A program made the position numbers and the translations under genes. A DNA stretch of 63,969 nt, counting the filler, from Phoronis australis (lineage: Eukaryota; Animalia; Phoronida), in NCBI GenBank assembly GCA_002633005.1. It is 10 parts of 10 records of this genome, joined end to end, with 100 filler letters (N's around TTAATTAATTAA, not from the genome) between each part and the next. Parts side by side here need not be neighbours in the genome. Positions count along the whole stretch, not along the records: positions 1 to 13,310 come from NMRA01000454.1; positions 13,411 to 26,173 come from NMRA01001619.1; 8 more parts are not named here. One strand, given 5' to 3'. Each line of letters begins with the position of its first letter. The first letter of the stretch is position 1. The notes under the pieces are model-generated. The model was not told the origin of the DNA. It saw nothing but the letters and a program-made list of their open reading frames with translations, and ran no database searches. Of this stretch, positions 12,147 to 25,012 are shown piece by piece.

Positions 12147-13310
12147 TATTACTCTGCGCGTGTAAGCGCAGAGTACTGTTGTTCCTGGGTTTTCTTCAAT
12201 TTTATTCTTCTTATTCTCATTCTTATTACTCTGCGCGTGTAAGCGCAGAGTACTGTTGTTCCTGGGATATCTTCAATTTTATTCTTTTTCTTATTCTTCT
12301 TCCGACCAACTTTGAGGCTTAATAACTCCAAATTGGGTGCAGGTACGGTCTTTCAATTCAGCATATGACTTTGACAGTATATAAATTTTGATTGGTTATA
12401 TATTCATATTCCTATTGCACCGGAAGAGGTCGTTTGGTGCAAAGGTCATATAATTTTCAAAATGCTACTCCTCCTTCAGTTTTAAAGCTATCTTTTTCAA
12501 ATTCAGTGCACAGGTATAAGTCAACATGAAAATGTAAAAAAATACCTTTAATTCTAAGTAATCAGGTCATCCAATCAGGTGAAATAGGTCAAAGGCCATT
12601 AGGTGCAAACTAAAATTTTGAGCTAGACACTTCAAATTGACAGGTCTGATTGCCACAAGTAAATCAAATCAGAAACCAGCGTTTCAGGTCATTTAGTGCA
12701 GACATGGGGTCATTAGGTGCATTTTTCTCCTGAAAATTTGACCTTTTCAATCAGCAAGTATTCTGATGTGTCAACCGTTAGACAACTGTGATTCTCAGCC
12801 TTAAACTCATTTTCCATGGGCTTTGCAATAATTCTCCTAAAGATGCTAAAAATGCACCGGATAAATTCAATTAGTGCAAAGGTCATGTAACGTTCAAAAT
12901 ATTATATGTCTTACATTTTTCAAGAAATTCTTTCCAATTTCAGCACACTTGGGTAAGTCAACATGCCAATTGAATACCCTACTTTACTTTGCAATAGGCC
13001 TAACCAATCAGGAAAAATAGGTCAAAGGTCATTGAGTGCAAACTAAAATTTTGAGCTAGACACTTCAAATTGACAGGTCTGATTGCCAGAGGTAAATCAA
13101 ATCGGAATCCAAAGTTTCAGGTCATTTAGTGCAAACATGGGGTCATTAGGTGCATTTTTCTTCTGAAAATTTGACTTTTTCAATCAGCAAGTATTCTGAG
13201 GTGTCAACAGTGATTCTCATCATTAAACACATTTTTCATGGGTTTTGTAATGATTATCCCAAAGACGCTTATAATGCACCGGATAGGTTCAATTAGTGCA
13301 AAGATCACGT
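12147..13310 (+). mobile_element. Helentron-associated (HINE-like) non-autonomous element with an internal tandem array, truncated by a linker
   Basis: It begins in a T-rich site with the hairpin TACTCTGCGC-gtgtaa-GCGCAGAGTA, present twice 78 bp apart. A TTC/TTA-rich tract follows, then tandem units of ~435 bp (12416-12850 vs 12853-13310). Confidence 0.6.
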
Positions 13311-13410
13311 NNNNNNNNNNNNNNNNNNNNNNNNNNNNNNNNNNNNNNNNNNNNTTAATTAATTAANNNNNNNNNNNNNNNNNNNNNNNNNNNNNNNNNN
13401 NNNNNNNNNN
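13311..13410. other. Artificial contig linker (44 N + TTAATTAATTAA + 44 N); identical linkers at 26174, 30536, 37405, 41453, 53471, 58262, 60632 and 62786
   Basis: There are nine identical 100-bp spacers, each with a palindrome that gives stops in all six frames. Confidence 0.97.
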
Positions 13411-14499
13411 CTCCACCGTCTCTACTGGGCCAGCAAGAGACGGCGATCAGACACTGTCTACCTGCTGGCTGATCTTCATTTTGGATCATTCACTGACAGT
13501 TATTTTAACTTTTCCCGAGCTTTGAGATCACTCATCGACTTTTAACAGTTTAGCTAGTGCGTCACATACGGCGGGATTGAGATACACCGCAGTCGCAGGA
13601 ACACGTTGTCTCTGACACTGAGTCTGTGAGTGATTGTGATGACGATTGGGCGAGCTACCACAGAAAATGTAGTCGTTACATGAAGAGCACATTATGGACA
13701 AGTTCTAAAGGACCCAACTAATCACACACCCTTGCTTTAGTTCGGCCAGGAAGTGATCCAGGCGTTCTTGTAAGTCGTCTGGCATATCTCACACAGCTGT
13801 TGCACGTTTAAAACATGGGTAGTTTTGTCATACAATCGCGAACCGGAAACCCTGTGCATCGATAATAGCAAAGATTTCAAGATGTCACAAATTTATGAAC
13901 AAAACCAAAAATCTTCAGAAATGTGCCATTACTAGGATAAAATCATTTGATAACATCATTTGTCTAATACACGTACTTGATGTGAATAACATTTGACATT
14001 GAATGTCAAAAACTGGTTATGTGCAAGCCCGTTAGGTGACTCTGGTGTAGTTTCACCGTTTGACCCACAGGCGTCCTCGGCTTCTGATCGTCCCCAATAC
14101 ACTACATAGAAGTGTATTGGGGACGATCAGAAGCTGAGAACGCCTGTGGTTTGACCTGGACTGAAGAATTGACGTTAAAATTAAATGAGAGCGTTTCCAA
14201 AAGTGCAAAACTGAAATAAGCGTGCAACTGTAATCTAGCAAAAGTTTGTCAGCTATAAAAACGAATCTAGTTTTTTTGGGACCGAGAAGATTCATTTTTT
14301 TTATTTTCACATGTACAGGCCAAGTTTACCACGAAATGTAGGCTCATCGAGACTGACACCTCTGGTCATTGCGTTGATCATGAAAATCCCCGGCAGGCCG
14401 GCACCCCGACGAGATGGTTCTGTCGTACAATTTCCTCTGTACACTGTAGCAAGTCTTTACGCTTCATCTACTATAGCGTATCTGATTTTTTTTTTTTTT

Positions 14500-14749
14500 T
14501 GACTTAAGCCTATATTATAATATTCTACTTATTTAGTGATTGGTTAATAAAAACCACATGATCATATCCAATAATTACAGTTTCTTCTCAGAACCCAAAG
14601 TTGTGAACACCATTTAAAAATAGATTTTGACGTTAAAGGACATGTCAACAAGTTTGACCCCATGATTTAATAGTACATAAGCATAAATTTTGGGCAACTT
14701 AAAACGGATCTATTCTTACTAATTACTTTATCAATATTTATTCTGACAA
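14500..14749 (-). repeat. Dispersed repeat; inverted copy at 37108-37404
   Basis: About 250 bp of clear reverse-complement similarity, for example aaattttgggcaacttaaaa.ggatctattcttact vs agtaagaatagatccattttaagttgcccaaaattt. Confidence 0.85.
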
Positions 14750-14970
14750 ATTATAACAAAGCTATGCTTCAGTCAACTGACAACTATTTGGTTTAGTATG
14801 CAATTCATGTATCAGTGAACAGTCTGAGCCAAGTGGGCGATCACGGTGGATTACATATACATGTAGTTACAGAGATGGTTCCTGATCTCAGATTTGGCTG
14901 TCATGAGCAGTGGCGGATCTACGTTTTCAGCAAGGGGGGATTTANGCGGTACTTAGACGTTTTCCGCTGT

Positions 14971-14979
14971 TATATAAAA
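14971..14979 (+). promoter_or_regulatory. Candidate TATA box of the thioredoxin gene
   Basis: TATATAAAA lies 75 bp upstream of the thioredoxin ATG. Confidence 0.5.
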
Positions 14980-15045
14980 TCCCCCTATAGGATCCGGTTC
15001 GGCGATAACGAAGACAGCTAGCTAAGAAAGATTTTTACGAATACA

Positions 15046-18000
15046 ATGGCGAAATCGATACATTCGCAGGTAAGTCATCTCAGTTAATTCGTATGGTTAT
15101 TGTCATCTCCTCCGTTACAGATTATTGAAATATTATACGGTGCTGTAAAATCATAAAATCTTAGAACTAGAATAATTGTTCTCGTTTCTTTCAGATTTAG
15201 TTTTTGTGTCAACTATAAACTAGGATGAATGCCAAATCTCATTTGTTAGCAATAGGATAAAATTAAAAATGGTGTATTACTTTCATAGTTTTTCAAAGCC
15301 TTGCCCTCAGATAGTGTATGCAACGGTTCACAACAATTGGAGGAATTGTAATGGTGATTTTGTATTTCCGATGACGTTTTATCCACTCAGACTTTTATGA
15401 AAATCTGCTTCGTCTGACACTCGTCCTCAAGATACCCTCGTACATGTATCGACGAGTACAATCCCTCTCATTTTAATAGTGACTGGCGTTAATAATGTGG
15501 CGTATTCCGTTGACACTGTACGCACCTCAAAATCTGTAAATTGTATTTTTTACCCGTCATTTTTAAGAAAACGCGCATTGCAGAATAAAGGAGGCTACAG
15601 CGCAGACGGTTTGTATGAGAGACTCAGATAATACTATAAATAACACAATCTCTTGTCTCTGTTGCATGTTTTTACTTGATAATCAAAATGCTGAAACTGT
15701 AAGTTAAACGTAGTGATTTTCACCACTGCTGGTATACACATACTTCAAAATTGAAATGCCGCTGTTCTTGGCAACCGATTACTGAGTACATCATCTCAGG
15801 CCACCCACTCGTACATGTACATGTGATCTACGGTCGAGGGTCTCAACTATTCTAACAAACTTCTAAATATGTACACATTGGCTTAATGTATAAACGCTGT
15901 CGATCCAGGGTTAAGAACGCCAGGGGCTCCTTGGCTATAAAAGGTTACGAGGTGGAGGAACATACCACCAACTCGCCGGGGTGGGCATTTTGCCTTCTTG
16001 ACTATCATGTCCGGTGAGTTTTTCGTTCTTCGCTTATCTCCTGGCGTGAGTAAATGAAAAATGTGGCTATCAGGTATTCATTATCCTCAAGTGAAAAATT
16101 TCCCAGTCTCCGGTTTATGCAGTACGTTGGTCTGGATTGTTCAATTGTGCGACGGCACCTCCTACCTACAGTGTAAATGAGGAAGAAAAACTCCTGGAAT
16201 AAAAGCACACGTGTAGCTTGCGAAAACAACAACAACAGGTAACTTTAGGCAGAAGCATAATTGAACATGTAATCACAATTTTCACCCTTTCCAGTGTCTA
16301 AACCGCAATTCAAGATATGAAAAATCGCCAGTGTTTTAATTCTGTGTTGTTTGCGTTCTTTGTTCTAGCAACAGTTGGAACACGAACTGATGCGTGCAGG
16401 TAGTCAATTAGTCATCATTGACTTTTTCGCCATCTGGTGCTTGCCGTGCAAGATGTTTTCTCCAAAATTTGAGGCAAGTGACTGAGACATATTAAGACAG
16501 AAATTCTGTAAGCAAATAAATGGATGCTTCTCGCATTGGCTCAAGAGCATGATCGACATGCAGCCACGTGAAGTGCATGAGTTGCAACAAGTCTGTTACA
16601 ATAAATGTTCAAGTGTTAGTGTATACTCATCTTCCAATACTAAAAATAAAAAGTTTTGATTTAGACCTTTAACCGTTATGAAATTCGTCATAAATTGTTC
16701 ATAAAGTCAAGCCAGAGCTCGATTTCAGGGCTTTGCCGGATTGAACTGATCGTAACGAAGCCGCTTCGTTACGGTCACGGTTATTGTGTGACACCAGGAA
16801 GCTCTACAATTACACGACAAGTCATTTTATTTGTCCCGGAGCATCATGGTCCCAAGAAATAAAGAACTGTCAGTTCACTTTGCAAAACGAAAAAAAATCA
16901 TTCATCTCAGCTTCTTAGTTGAGTAAGGAAATCCGCGGTGTAAAGTTCGTTCTCCGGATAAAAAGTGGATTTATAGCGATCAATAACATTGACACTCGAC
17001 ACGGCGAAGACTCCGCGTCACTTCACCACGTGATCATCCAAAGCAAATTTCAGAAAAGCATCTTAATTGGCCGCAACTTAATCAAGGTCATTTTTCATAG
17101 TTGCGTGATCTGTGCCAGTCACTACTTCACATAATTGAGGGAGTTACGGTGAAAGCAGTAATATCAATACACATTTTTGAAATTCTTCAAAAACCGTTTA
17201 AACGGTGATGCGTTTTCATTGACTCGTACTTTATTTCTCTTTAGGCGTTGGCTACTAAAGAAGCCAGCAGATTCAAAGCTCTGCGAATAGACGTTGATGA
17301 ATGCGTAAGTTTTCCAACATTATATTTTTGTTCGACTACGTGTTGTGAAAATTTCCGTAATAGTTTTTTAACTACGACTTGTTTTTGACGGTTGCCATGA
17401 GCTAAATCGCAAATCCAAGTACATCCTTTTCAATACGTGTTGCTCAAAAGCAAAGGAAATGTAATCTCTGCCAGTGGCAATCAAGACAAACCATACAGGT
17501 ATAAGGGAAACATAACAGCAAGTGCATATATAAAGGTGTTTGCACACGGTACCAGCGTCGACTACGATTAAGAGTGCAGACAGTTGCTCCCACACGATTT
17601 TTGAGTTCAAAAGTCGCATATGATTTGACACTAAAGGTTATGTAGAACCTTACAAAAATGGCTAATTTAAGACCAGTACGCTTTCGATTTCGTGTCGGAA
17701 CACTTGTCTACACTATTCAATTTTAGCCCTATATTCGTTCGATTCAGGAGATTGCTCAGCGGCCAATCACTCGCTATAATTTTCGAAGAACTAGCAAAAC
17801 AGTTTGAGTGGATCGCATGACTTGCGTATCAAGAGCAAAGGCGGACATTCAGGGGGTCCGTGCTTCTTCCAACCAGATCACCTCTGATCACCACAATCAT
17901 TCTGGAATTCCATTGATTCTTTTGAAGTCCATACACTACCAATTGCTTAGATGTCTCAACATGAAATTGACAAACCTTGCACAAGATGCCGTTACTGGCG

Positions 18001-20999
18001 ACAATTTAGGCAGCTTCTGTAGTACCTCCAAACTTCCCAAAATCAAATTTTGCTCCAGATCTTGACTTGACGACTGAGACAAGACACACGAGTATAAAAT
18101 TCTTGCCCTGAACCAAGAAAACTAGAAACCTGCGGAGAACTGCTAATGAAGATTAAAAAGAGTTATCTTAGAAAAGGAAAGAAAAAAAAATTAAAAAGAG
18201 TTATCTTAAAAAAAGAAAAACAAAAAACGGTTCACATGGCATGCATTCTTTGTGTACTTGTTTCATTTTCGGAAATTCGTCGATGCCTCTTTACTGCTTT
18301 TATTGCTGTATATTAGACAAATATATTTGTTTTTGCTTACAGGAGGATATTGCGTCAGACTTTGAAATAAGCGTCATGCCCACGTGCATTGCTATTCTAA
18401 ATGGACAAGTGGTAACTATAACTTGCATTTTATTTACCATGGTACTAGAATACTGCATTATTGATGAGGGAATTGACGTGCTAGTTCATTAATACAACAG
18501 CAAGTAAATCCAATTTAGTCGCAGCACATTCCTTGGAACTCCTAAGTCATATAACACCGGGACTTATAATGCTCGGTTGACCCAACGAATCGTGTTCTCT
18601 AAATGGACAAGCATCGTGGTCGGTTGGATCGGATGGTCTCTTTACATCGGTAGTATTGGTCTTAAGTTTTAAGGATATAAGGTGATGTTGGACCAATCGG
18701 GTAACTTTACGCGAGCATCTGCCAGTGGAAGACAGGTGAAGGTCATTGGCTATAGGCCTAGTCCATCCCTTAGTTTGAAATCAACCCGGCAATCTGAATA
18801 TTACTGGGTGAGCGCCAACTGATTTCAACTAGCCTCGGTGATTTTTTCCGACGTCATTGCCATTGAAGTTGACCTATGACGGATATTGCAACAATTGCTA
18901 TTTTTTTACGTCGACTCTCTCGACAATCTTCCACTAATCGCCCGAATGTCGCCCAGTATGGCAGGTTGACGTCCGCAACGTTCTTCACCAATCGCCAATC
19001 CTTTGTGTGACTTATATATAAGTCATGCTGCAGCGAACACAAAAAGTGCTTGGCAATAACCACCAAAATCTAGTGACTGACACCCTGAACTGGTTGTTGG
19101 CGAGATGACGTTTCTGCACAGAAGGCTAATATCGGTGGAAGCCAACCCGGCGATGCAATCATATCCTTCGCGATTCTATTGTGAAAGCAAAAGCACCGAC
19201 ACACTGAGAGATGATTTCCTCTCGTGGTTTTGTTGACACATGTTTTACAAACTAGTCTTGCCTGACTCTGCACTGAAACATTTTGAGAACCCGGATTTTA
19301 TTCACTGCAATAACGGACATTGATCAAATCGGGGTTCTCAAACTACGGGATCTTTGTAATATAAGCGACAGTTTCACACAATGCAAAGTTTTTACGAGTT
19401 TTTATGTTTCCAAACTTGAGTGTTTCTGTCTTTATTGCAAAAATAATGATTACAACTTGCCAGTTCTACATATAGATTTAAATCCGAATCCTCTAGTACT
19501 CTTGGATCAAAACACCCTGTGGCTCACGAACAATGGCACGAGTCTACCACCCGACCAGTGTGATTCATATGGTCGGAGTGGAATAGGTAGGCCTACCCGA
19601 TCATGCGCGCACCCAGCCTTCAACATGGGGGGGCTCGAATTCTTGACACGACTTGGACCTTTTGCTAACAAAACAGCGGGCGCACTAAAAAAAACTGGGC
19701 ACCTGCTGCGAAGTTCGCATTTGCGCTTATTTAGTGTACTTTTATTCCATTTTTTCGGACTTTTTGTCTCTCGGGGCGGACCTTTTTTGCCCACCTCACC
19801 AAATGGGGGGCTCGTTCCCCTGGGTGCGCGCATGTTGATGTGACCTGTCTGGTGAGGAGGCCCATCACGGTCACTTTGATGTTTCAACATTTCACCTCAT
19901 TACGGCGTTTTCCCGTTGATCCCAACTTGTTCGATTCTATACTCCAACAAGTTTGGAAGAACACCCCTATAGCCAGTATCTTACACGACCGATTGAAGTA
20001 CATTATGGCATTGATGGATGGAGGGCCAGGTCTCTTTTGTTCGATAATTGCTCTAATGTCCAATAAGATCGTATCTATCCTGACTCGGCTGTGCTGTTAA
20101 AAATAAAAGTTAAGTTATAACGTACTTGAACATCAACCGATAGCATTTATGAATCACGAGCTCACGGCCCTCTACGTCTGGTAAAGTCACTGAACGGGAG
20201 AATGCCGTCATGTAATGAACATTGAGCTCGTGTCACCATAGACTATAAACAGGACATTTAGGTGTCAAAGAGTGTACTACAATTCTAAGACAATTGTTTT
20301 ACTACAGAACCATCGTGCGATTCCTGATGAATAGAATTAGCAAGGTACCTGGAAGTCTTACGATAGTTTAACGTTAAACTTCTACAGTGTTCTCAAGAGG
20401 CGCAAGTGCATCCTTTTTACACATTGGTGCAAATGTTAATTTTTGGGTCACCAAATTGCTGTAGTTGCTTAATTGCTACTGTATATACCGCAGTAGGCCT
20501 ATCTGTATATAGATTGTGTTGCGACATACACACAACCAGCCAACAACTGACTCGTTTTATTATGCAACGACTGCGGCAACTTGCGAAAAACCTGGCACCT
20601 GCGTGTTGAAAAAGTCTTGAAAGTTCATGTGGACTATGCTTTATACATGGCACTATAGTGTGGTCGTATCATGAGCAAATTACGTGACTGCTGTACGTTA
20701 ACGGTACGATGATGCAGACGGGTATACCGCAATCCAAGTCTTCTGTCACACGACAGCCCTAAAGTAGGAATGTGATAACGAATACACTGTACATGTATAT
20801 GCTTGTAGGTACGACAGCCTCTCCGTCAATAATTGCCTTCAGTGCTACCGATAACATCTTCCCACGAAGTTCGTGACGACGTTTCGGCAGTGACATGGCT
20901 ATTTGAAAATGGTTATTTTTTTTCATTTTGCAGATGGGGCAAGCTATAGGGACGAATATCGAGAGCGTTAAAGAGTTGATTTCAAGAATATCGACGTAA
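15046..20999 (+). CDS. TXN: Thioredoxin (107 aa, WCLPC active site); exons 15046-15069, 16369-16473, 17245-17304, 18343-18411, 20934-20999
   Basis: The spliced product is MAKSIHSQ|QQLEHELMRAGSQLVIIDFFAIWCLPCKMFSPKFE|ALATKEASRFKALRIDVDEC|EDIASDFEISVMPTCIAILNGQV|MGQAIGTNIESVKELISRIST*. All introns are phase 0, and exon sizes of 24/105/60/69/66 closely match the animal Trx1 layout. The DF.A.WC.PCK, DVD and MPT motifs are present. The intron 2 donor is GCAAGT, and AATAAA lies at 21256-21261. Confidence 0.92.
19602..19834. mobile_element. MITE family A (TIR CATGCGCGCACCCA), in thioredoxin intron 4
   Basis: It has perfect 14-bp terminal inverted repeats. The interior is homologous to 22884-23105 (inverted) and to 62638-62785. 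Confidence 0.8.
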
Positions 21000-21299
21000 A
21001 GAAATCGGCAGTTCAGAGCTCGCAATTGTAGATATTGAGACTCTGTCATACCAAGAAGAATGATAGTCTTCATCCATGCTCATCAAACTATATTTTGTTT
21101 GCCTAATGCGTCGTTGCTGCAAAGACTTATACTTACATAAAGACACAATTCCTAAAACAGAGGACGTTACTGTACGTTAACGATGGCAACAGACCCCAGA
21201 TTCTCACCATTCCTTGATGTTATCAATTGTACATTGTATATTCTTATGTTTATGAAATAAACTATAAAAAGTAATATGTCGGATTTAGCCGCCTTTACC

Positions 21300-21449
21300 C
21301 AGTGGCGGATTTGAGGGGGGGGGCATGGCCCCTAAAATTTTCCCAGATTCCATTTAGCAGTTCGGGGATGCGATTGTGTTTGATTAACGAAATCCTAGTT
21401 AACACTCTGCCCTGCCCCTCCCTAACTCAAAATCCTGGATCCGCCCCTG
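21300..21449. mobile_element. MITE family B (TIR CAG(T/G)GGCGGAT, ~150 bp) with TTACC target duplication
   Basis: It runs CAGTGGCGGAT...ATCCGCCCCTG and is flanked by TTACC on both sides. Homologous copies lie at 54514-54664 and 62119-62273. Confidence 0.8.
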
Positions 21450-21882
21450 TTACCGGCCGCGGATAGAGGCGTTTGGCCATGACGAAAATGCTGTTTCAAT
21501 ATTAAATTTAAGCTTGCCCTATAGGCTTACAGATGTTCTTATTTATGGGTAGACCCTCGGTGCCTTGCTAGAAATAGTCACTTTTAGTGAGGCATTCGCA
21601 CAAGTTTCACTTATGGGCAAAAGTCGGAGTATTCAGACAGGGTTTTTTTCACATTACACAAATCAAATGTACATTTCATATTGATTTATACATGGGCCAT
21701 ATAGTGGAAGTTACATGTACATTGTATCTTGTACCCAAAAAGTGTGAGGCTGTCCTTGGCCCGGCATCCGCCTTGGTCATAGTCCTGTTTTGTGATATAA
21801 TCAACACATTGACCGAGCGAGGAAGTCAGTCATGAACTGAATACATAGGCGGATTTAGGGGGGGGCCGGGGGGCCCGGGCCC

Positions 21883-22781
21883 NNNNNNNNNNNNNNNNNN
21901 NNNNNNNNNNNNNNNNNNNNNNNNNNNNNNNNNNNNNNNNNNNNNNNNNNNNNNNNNNNNNNNNNNNNNNNNNNNNNNNNNNNNNNNNNNNNNNNNNNNN
22001 NNNNNNNNNNNNNNNNNNNNNNNNNNNNNNNNNNNNNNNNNNNNNNNNNNNNNNNNNNNNNNNNNNNNNNNNNNNNNNNNNNNNNNNNNNNNNNNNNNNN
22101 NNNNNNNNNNNNNNNNNNNNNNNNNNNNNNNNNNNNNNNNNNNNNNNNNNNNNNNNNNNNNNNNNNNNNNNNNNNNNNNNNNNNNNNNNNNNNNNNNNNN
22201 NNNNNNNNNNNNNNNNNNNNNNNNNNNNNNNNNNNNNNNNNNNNNNNNNNNNNNNNNNNNNNNNNNNNNNNNNNNNNNNNNNNNNNNNNNNNNNNNNNNN
22301 NNNNNNNNNNNNNNNNNNNNNNNNNNNNNNNNNNNNNNNNNNNNNNNNNNNNNNNNNNNNNNNNNNNNNNNNNNNNNNNNNNNNNNNNNNNNNNNNNNNN
22401 NNNNNNNNNNNNNNNNNNNNNNNNNNNNNNNNNNNNNNNNNNNNNNNNNNNNNNNNNNNNNNNNNNNNNNNNNNNNNNNNNNNNNNNNNNNNNNNNNNNN
22501 NNNNNNNNNNNNNNNNNNNNNNNNNNNNNNNNNNNNNNNNNNNNNNNNNNNNNNNNNNNNNNNNNNNNNNNNNNNNNNNNNNNNNNNNNNNNNNNNNNNN
22601 NNNNNNNNNNNNNNNNNNNNNNNNNNNNNNNNNNNNNNNNNNNNNNNNNNNNNNNNNNNNNNNNNNNNNNNNNNNNNNNNNNNNNNNNNNNNNNNNNNNN
22701 NNNNNNNNNNNNNNNNNNNNNNNNNNNNNNNNNNNNNNNNNNNNNNNNNNNNNNNNNNNNNNNNNNNNNNNNNNNNNNNNN
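21883..22781. other. Scaffold gap (~900 N, no linker)
   Basis: Uninterrupted N run starting within a G-rich MITE-like end. Confidence 0.95.
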
Positions 22782-22883
22782 GGTATGAACAATGCTAAAC
22801 CCCTTCGAAAAATGAAAAAAAATGTTTTTGGTTTTTATTGGTGGAAATTGGTGAAATTTTGTAGTAATCAATTCCGTCAGGTG

Positions 22884-23105
22884 CATGCGCGCACCCACGG
22901 TGGGGGGAGGGCTCGGGGGGCTCGTTCGCTCGAATTAGCGAATTGGACAAAAAGGTCCTCCTCAGAGAAACAAAAATTCCGAAAAAGTAGAAAACGATAC
23001 AAAAGTCCACTAAAAAGGCAGGAACTACCAAAATCCGTTTTTTTAAGTGAAATGTCCACATTCTCAAAAATTCGAGCCCCATCTTCTAGGCTAGGTGCGC
23101 GCATG
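22884..23105. mobile_element. MITE family A copy with AGGTG target duplication
   Basis: The junctions read AGGTG|CATGCGCGCACC...GGTGCGCGCATG|AGGTG. Confidence 0.85.
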
Positions 23106-24860
23106 AGGTGGCCAATATTTGTGACTAGGTGGCAGAACTCTTGGCATATTACTTGTCTCACTTGTTAGTAATTCTCTCAGAGGAGGTCCCGATCATGGCA
23201 TTAATTATCCTTTCCTGGTGTGTAACTGCACATGTTAAGGGGGTCCTTTATCTCTTTGGTCATATTTTAAAAGAAAATCGGCTTGTTGTTGTGATTGAAT
23301 CTTCCTCATTTTCGTTGTGGGCATGCGTCTGCGCCGTAATAACCTTATGTACTCTCAGAATTATTTAAATTGTATTTATAAAGTTAAGTACTAGCGCAAC
23401 ACGTACAGTGTAGTCATAATAACTTAGTTGAACATTAGTCATTTTCTCTAGCTAATAAATACATACAGTATAGCACGGTAAATAATCGGTTACCTGTATT
23501 GTAGTGAAGGATATTTTGATGAATAACTGCTGTTGTGTACAGTGATCGCTTGTAGTCCCGTGCGCCTAGGCCCATGCGCCTATGTGAAACATTTGAACTG
23601 AGTGTAAACCATGCCCTGGTTTTAAACCATCAACTTTCTTCACAGGCTTTTTTGTCTTCCAAAGCAAAGTCACATCGTTTTAAACATTTGTTTGAATTAA
23701 AAGTTGATTATTTGGTTATATGAAAATAACCTGCAATTTTGATGATGGCCACACCAACTTGGCCACTAAGATTAACCCTGAAGTAATTTTGTGGGCTCTG
23801 TTTAACGCAATAACGACCTGAGAGTTTATCCCAGGCCAATGTAAGGAACGTGATGATATTTGTATTATAAGGAACGTGATGATATTTGTATTATAACAGC
23901 TAGGCTTGAGAAGTTTGAACCAAAAGTTGCTTCCATGAGCGCACTCAGTCTAAATATGGGGGGCTCGAATTTTTGAGCTCCACTTTTGAAAGAGGGATAA
24001 TAAGGTGTAAAATTTTTGTGAATTACATGAATTAAGTTAAAAGTTGCATAAAATGGAAACGAGATGGTAATGCAGAAAAAATGCGTGTTACTACAGTGTT
24101 TCTTGACATTTTATCTCGAACATTTCATTCAAGTGTACTTAGTTCAAGCACATTTATACAGTTATTTTCGTTGCTATCAACTTACTTTTCTCTGTTGCTA
24201 AATTCTTCCAAAAACATGGTCACATGACAAAATTAATGACAGGGTGGTAAAAATTCAAGAATAAAATTCTACAGGATTTCCACTTTCAAAAAACTTACAG
24301 TGTGCAAATGTATCGTTTTGTAAGTATTTGGCTTATAAATGCAGACTTGTCAGTAAGATCCTACATAGCATTCAGATATTTGTTCCTTCAAAAAGAAAAG
24401 CCTTAAGGTTATGAAGTTATTGCATTGTCTAGGACTACTGCCTGCTGAACAGTCTAAAAACACAGACTGCATGGTAGTTGTAGAGAAGACTGTGAAAAGG
24501 GGCTCCTGTCGGTGGAGACGGGTTCAATTGTAAAAGTCCTATTGCAATGTTTTGCATACATGTACATGTAAACAGCAATAAGACTGAGCAGATCAATTCT
24601 CAACTGACAAGTCATAAATTATCCATCCGTTAACACGCCAATGGCTCGTTATTATCAACCATCGATCGTAAAATTGCTCCTATGTCTTCCATGATTTTCA
24701 CTCACGCGGTCGTTCATGTAGACAATACCACCATCCCTGCTGTTAAGGAGAGACGATGATGCTCTCATAGAGCCGTCATACGCCGGAAGCTCTTCGGTGA
24801 ATATGCCTCACCGACACTGAAGGCACGTTTTGCTTATCTTTCGCGCTTATGGAAACCTTA

Positions 24861-25012
24861 GGAGGCTATCGATATCTTTAATTCCTTGTCGTGTGTAAAA
24901 ATGGCCAGATGCCGATATGCCGGGCCAACTGATCAACGGACTGCTCGAAAAAAGTGTGATTGCGGGAGCATTTGTTCGAGTTCAGGTTGGAATTAAAACA
25001 TCGACGGCCTCC
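24861..25012. mobile_element. Small PIF/Harbinger-like MITE
   Basis: It has ~25-bp imperfect inverted ends (ggaggctatcgatatctttaattcc / ggaattaaaacatcgacggcctcc) flanked by TTA and TAA. Confidence 0.55.

Noticed and set aside
13581-13721. CDDDWASYHRKCSRY resembling a C-type lectin N-terminus
   Set aside because: The frame is short and closed by stops, with no further lectin motifs or convincing splice sites.
21830-22898. Long 320/347-aa ORFs
   Set aside because: They consist almost entirely of N gap.
23738-23770. gatgatggcc...ggcc as a Penelope-type minimal hammerhead
   Set aside because: It lacks the CUGA start and the GAAA core.
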